DNA from: Bugula neritina
Taxonomy: Eukaryota; Animalia; Bryozoa
Direction: 5' to 3'
DNA: 64,000 nucleotides
Assembly (NCBI GenBank): GCA_964035545.1
Contig: OZ037769.1
Span: forward strand, 16,956,633-17,020,632
The stretch's first letter is position 1, and each line of letters opens with the position of its first letter. Below the pieces are notes generated by a model. The model was not told the DNA's origin, made no database searches, and worked only from the letters and a program-made list of their open reading frames with translations. Below, piece by piece: positions 60,135-64,000 of the stretch. Position numbers and translations under genes: made by a program.

Positions 60135-61759
60135 GGCCTTGTTTACTCTGAATAGACTCAAATGCTAACCCCAGGCAGTCCCATGATGCCGCAGCAGACA
60201 AACTAAATATAATACTTTTCCTGAATACAATATAATTACAACATATTCATCAATATCTATACACTTGTGTACACAGTGAGTTAATATTTGCTATAGTGAC
60301 TCAACAAAACTTCTACAAGCTAATTAAAACAAAAGACTTTAGACTTTACGTGACAGTATGAGCTGTAGCAGCTTATGCTATATATATATTTATATGTACT
60401 TAACTGTTGATATTGAATTGCTGTTGCATAGTGGAAGATTTATATTATTGTTTATACTAATACAGAGCCTTAGATAAAAGTATTTTCAGTTACAGCACTA
60501 CTACGACTTTGATAGAAATAATTGATATCATAGGAATACTCATATTCATATTGATTATCATAATCACTTGACTTTATTAGTAAGTTTGACAAGTTAGTTA
60601 TAATTAGTTCGAGTTTGATAGTGACAGTCCCAGTGATAATAATAGCTATACTTATATCTACTGATACTGATGAAATGTTATTGTAATTGTTATTCAAATA
60701 AAGATGAATATCCAAATGTTCTATAACCAATTAATTAGGCACATTCCACATTTAATTCTCTCAAAACATTTAGAATAACGGAATTGAGATTCCCTTATAT
60801 AACCTTTTATTAACTATTAGTATTTCTAATACTATTATTACTAGTATTAGTACTAGTATTACTATTATTACTAGTACTACTATTAGTATTACTATTACTC
60901 ATTTGCATGAGACTGAGTGCATCAAGAGAAACAACTTTTGTACAGATAAAAGTAATACTAATACTAATAGTAATAAACTTACACTTTCTACAAATCATAA
61001 ACATTAACTTTAAAGTTTAGGATAATCATAATGATAATGACAAGAGTCAAGATAAAGATATTATAATTAATATTATAATATTTTTATTTGTTAAGAATTA
61101 TTACATAAATTTAGTTTTACTATAGCCAACTTCAGTGAACTTGTACTTATCCTAATAATACTATTACTTATAGTTATACTTATGGATATATTTACGTTTA
61201 CTGAAACTTTTAGAAACACTATCATTAATTTTAAATCTATTACTATTAGTATTAGCATTTAATTTTATTTTCAACTTATAGTTTTTATTTATAATATTAA
61301 TTATATCCATTTAATTTTATTTACTATCACCATGTCTATTAGTATTACTAATACTATTACATTACTATCAGTATTACTATTACTATTAGTATTAGTATTA
61401 GTAAATTAGACTACTACTGTAAATTAGTACTACTGTAAAACTTGAACTTGAAAGCTTTCGTTTCAATGCCATGAAGGTGAATAATTAATTCTTGGATAAC
61501 CCATAATGGTATAACAATTTCAATTGGTCGCTATAGAAGCGAAACATAGAGCTAAAACCATTGGTGGATGTCTAAATAATTTAGCGGCTCTATTGGTCAA
61601 AGTTTTTGATTTTTTGATTGAATAATATTTTAAGCAGTTCAGCGAATCCAGTTTTTACAAGTAAATTTGGTGTGAAATTTGTGGGAAAATAAGTTTGAAT
61701 TATTGCAATTATTAACTCTGAAAGCTAGTTTTAGAATATTACTTTCTTCGAAGATCAAA

Positions 61760-64000
61760 ATGTATTCGGTCTTTTTAGACACTCTCTATCAAACGTAAGT
61801 TTTCGAAGCTAGTCTAGGACAAACAAAGTCAATAAAATTAAATGTAATTTTCATTTTTAGTTTTAGTTTTACTTTTCACTTTTTAATTTCTGAAAAGACT
61901 TTTGTCTTTTTCAGTGATTAACTTAGTTTTGGTGTTTAGTCAATTTGAATTTATTTAATAATTTCAATTTATGAAGAACAGTAACTAATTATAAAATAAA
62001 ATGATGATCAAAATACTGTAAGGTTTACAGCATCGCCAAAACTAACCATTTGTGTATAAGCCCTGTATAAGTATTGTAGTAAAGATTTAACCCGCGTAAT
62101 GATGCCATGAAATCACATGGCCGGTTAGCTCAGTTGGTTAGAGCGTCGTGCTAATAACGCGAATGTCGCGGGTTCGAGCCCCGTACTGGCCAAATTTTTT
62201 ATATAATGTTATATATTGATTAGCCATACAAACGATTATAGTAATAAATAGGAAAGCAATCATCAAATAATATAAAACCGCCTTTCATGGTTTTTTTAAA
62301 AGTTGATTGAATTTTTTCCAGAGATTGTAAAGCGGAACCACAAAATACGTCTGTTAGATCTACCCTTGTGTCTGTACAAATTGCGGAGAGACTAGACAAT
62401 ATCCTTCCTCTTGTACCAAAGAATCTCGAAGGCAGTGCTATACTCATATCAGCTAAACAGTCTAAACAGGTGGAGTGTAATTTTTATATGAATGAGATGT
62501 TATGAAAAGTCTTTAGTTAGTGAAGTGTTGGCATTGTGAAAGTGTGGTACAAATTTAAAACTACCGCTAGGTGGCGCTGAGCAGGGGCAGTGATGACAGT
62601 TTCGGTGGTAGTGATTGCATTGGATCTCCTCTGAAGATCGAGTCATGCGTCAACTATGAGGATGTTGACCGTCAGATTTCACAGACTGGCAAGAAAGTGC
62701 GGGTGCTGCATCTAGACAGACCTAATGTTTACCCTTTATCGTACTCCAAGGCTATGTAAGACTGTGCTCCTTCTACTAACTGTTACCATGTAGATGTTGT
62801 TTCATGTCTCTTTATTTTGTGTTGATGTGAAAAACTGCTTTGGAAATATCTCCTTGGTTTATAGACTGTCACATGCGGAGGAGATAGCTAACTATTGTAT
62901 GTCCATATATATTCACTAGCTGATGTCAGTGTGAGTCATTTACTTGCAGTGAATTCATGTCAGTAGCCAAGTTGGATGGAAGCAATGACCTCAACAGACC
63001 TCTAGTGTGCGTCTGCAACCCGCTGGATAATAGAGATCATGTGATGGCTTTGGGTACATTCAGAAGGGATAGTAGCTCTCTGCTGTTCTCTCTTCACTAT
63101 CAGGGTGAGTGACTGAGGGTGTAGAGTTACTACACTATCAGAGTGAGTGACTGAGGGTGTAGAGTCACTACACTATCAGGGTGAGTGACTGAGGGTGTAG
63201 AGTTACTACACTATCAGGGTGAGTGACTGAGGGTGTAGAGTTACTACACTATCAGAGTGAGTGACTGAGGGTGTAGAGTTACTACACTATCAGGGTGAGT
63301 GACTAAGGGTGTAGAGTTACTACACTATCAGGTTTACTGTATTATTGTAATGTTGAAGAATGGCTACTGTATTGCAATCATCTTATTACTATATATTATA
63401 CAATGTGTTACTAACTAATATATTTGTTTTATACACAATAATACAATAATATAATAATATAATACAATACAATAATGTAATATATTAGTATAATGTAATA
63501 CGATAATATAATATAATAATACAATACAATAATATTGCAATGCTATCGTATAAGTAATATATTGGTTTGTAGAAGTTCCATCACATGACTTGATGAACAA
63601 GTCTATACTGAAGTCACTTCTGTCTGAATGTAGTTCTACTATCCCCGGGGGCAATGTATGTATTTCATCTCATTCATTTTATTTCCTTTGGCTCTAAAGA
63701 GTGAAACTGTTGAAGCCACACCACGCTATAAACATGGTGTCCTGTTTTATGTTCAGATCTTGACAAGAGCCAAGGCTGAGTATCATTTGATGTCTACATG
63801 CTCTAATCTGCTTAGAGAGAACCTCTCTGCTGAAGAAGTCAATGCGTACAGCTCACATAGTGCTGTTACAGTGTGTGAGTAAGACATCATTGTGATATAC
63901 TGACACTAAGTACTACACACACTGATATATTATATACTAATATACTGGTACTACACACTCAGGTGCTGAATGGAATGGTGTTGACTCACTCCTTCAGACT
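61760..64000 (+). CDS. ZWILCH: Probable kinetochore RZZ subunit Zwilch, 5' part (runs off window)
   Basis: Exons 61760-61794, 62322-62469, 62571-62755, 62950-63104, 63573-63655, 63757-63874, 63963->64000 join in frame; PLSYSKA, PLVCVC, TRAKAEYHL and AEWNGVDSLLQ resemble remembered Zwilch segments (LPVGKAR, PLWVRC, KGFAQYEL, SWSPVDEILQ). Confidence 0.68.
62119..62192 (+). tRNA. trnI-AAT: tRNA-Ile, anticodon AAT
   Basis: GGCCGGT/ACTGGCC acceptor stem, A box TAGCTCAGTTGG, anticodon loop CTAATAA, B box GGTTCGAGCC, downstream T-run Pol III terminator. Confidence 0.97.
63095..63332 (+). repeat. 38-bp tandem repeat spanning Zwilch-like exon end and donor
   Basis: About 6 copies of cactatcagg|gtgagtgactgagggtgtagagttacta. 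Confidence 0.95.

Noticed and set aside
56400-61700. Short ORFs between carboxypeptidase and Zwilch-like genes
   Set aside because: Low-complexity or random; at most 5'UTR exons that cannot be fixed without transcripts

Overview
AT-rich, intron-containing DNA from an invertebrate animal (not prokaryotic; no CRISPR). Nine protein-coding genes can be assembled from GT-AG exons with consistent phases: SLC35D-type UDP-sugar transporter (-), puromycin-sensitive aminopeptidase NPEPPS/PSA (+), PGGT1B (-), an unusual myristoylation motif + Pro/Tyr-rich + CARD-like + LRR protein without NACHT (-), SSR4/TRAP-delta (+), EXOSC4 (-), PECR (+), a GPI-type M14B carboxypeptidase (CPM-like, -) and the 5' part of a probable Zwilch gene (+) with a tRNA-Ile(AAT) in its first intron. 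PECR intron 2 holds a nested pair of non-autonomous DNA transposons. Best candidates for something new: (1) a tandem pair of homologous, probably mutually exclusive PSA exons 51 nt apart that swap the substrate-binding TQFE motif for TMLC, with a candidate RNA helix masking the second exon's acceptor; (2) the NACHT-less, probably membrane-anchored CARD-LRR protein; (3) a window-wide pattern of intron-private tandem repeats whose units copy the adjacent 5' splice site or carry its reverse complement. All gene models were built by hand and are not transcript-validated; novelty could not be checked against databases.
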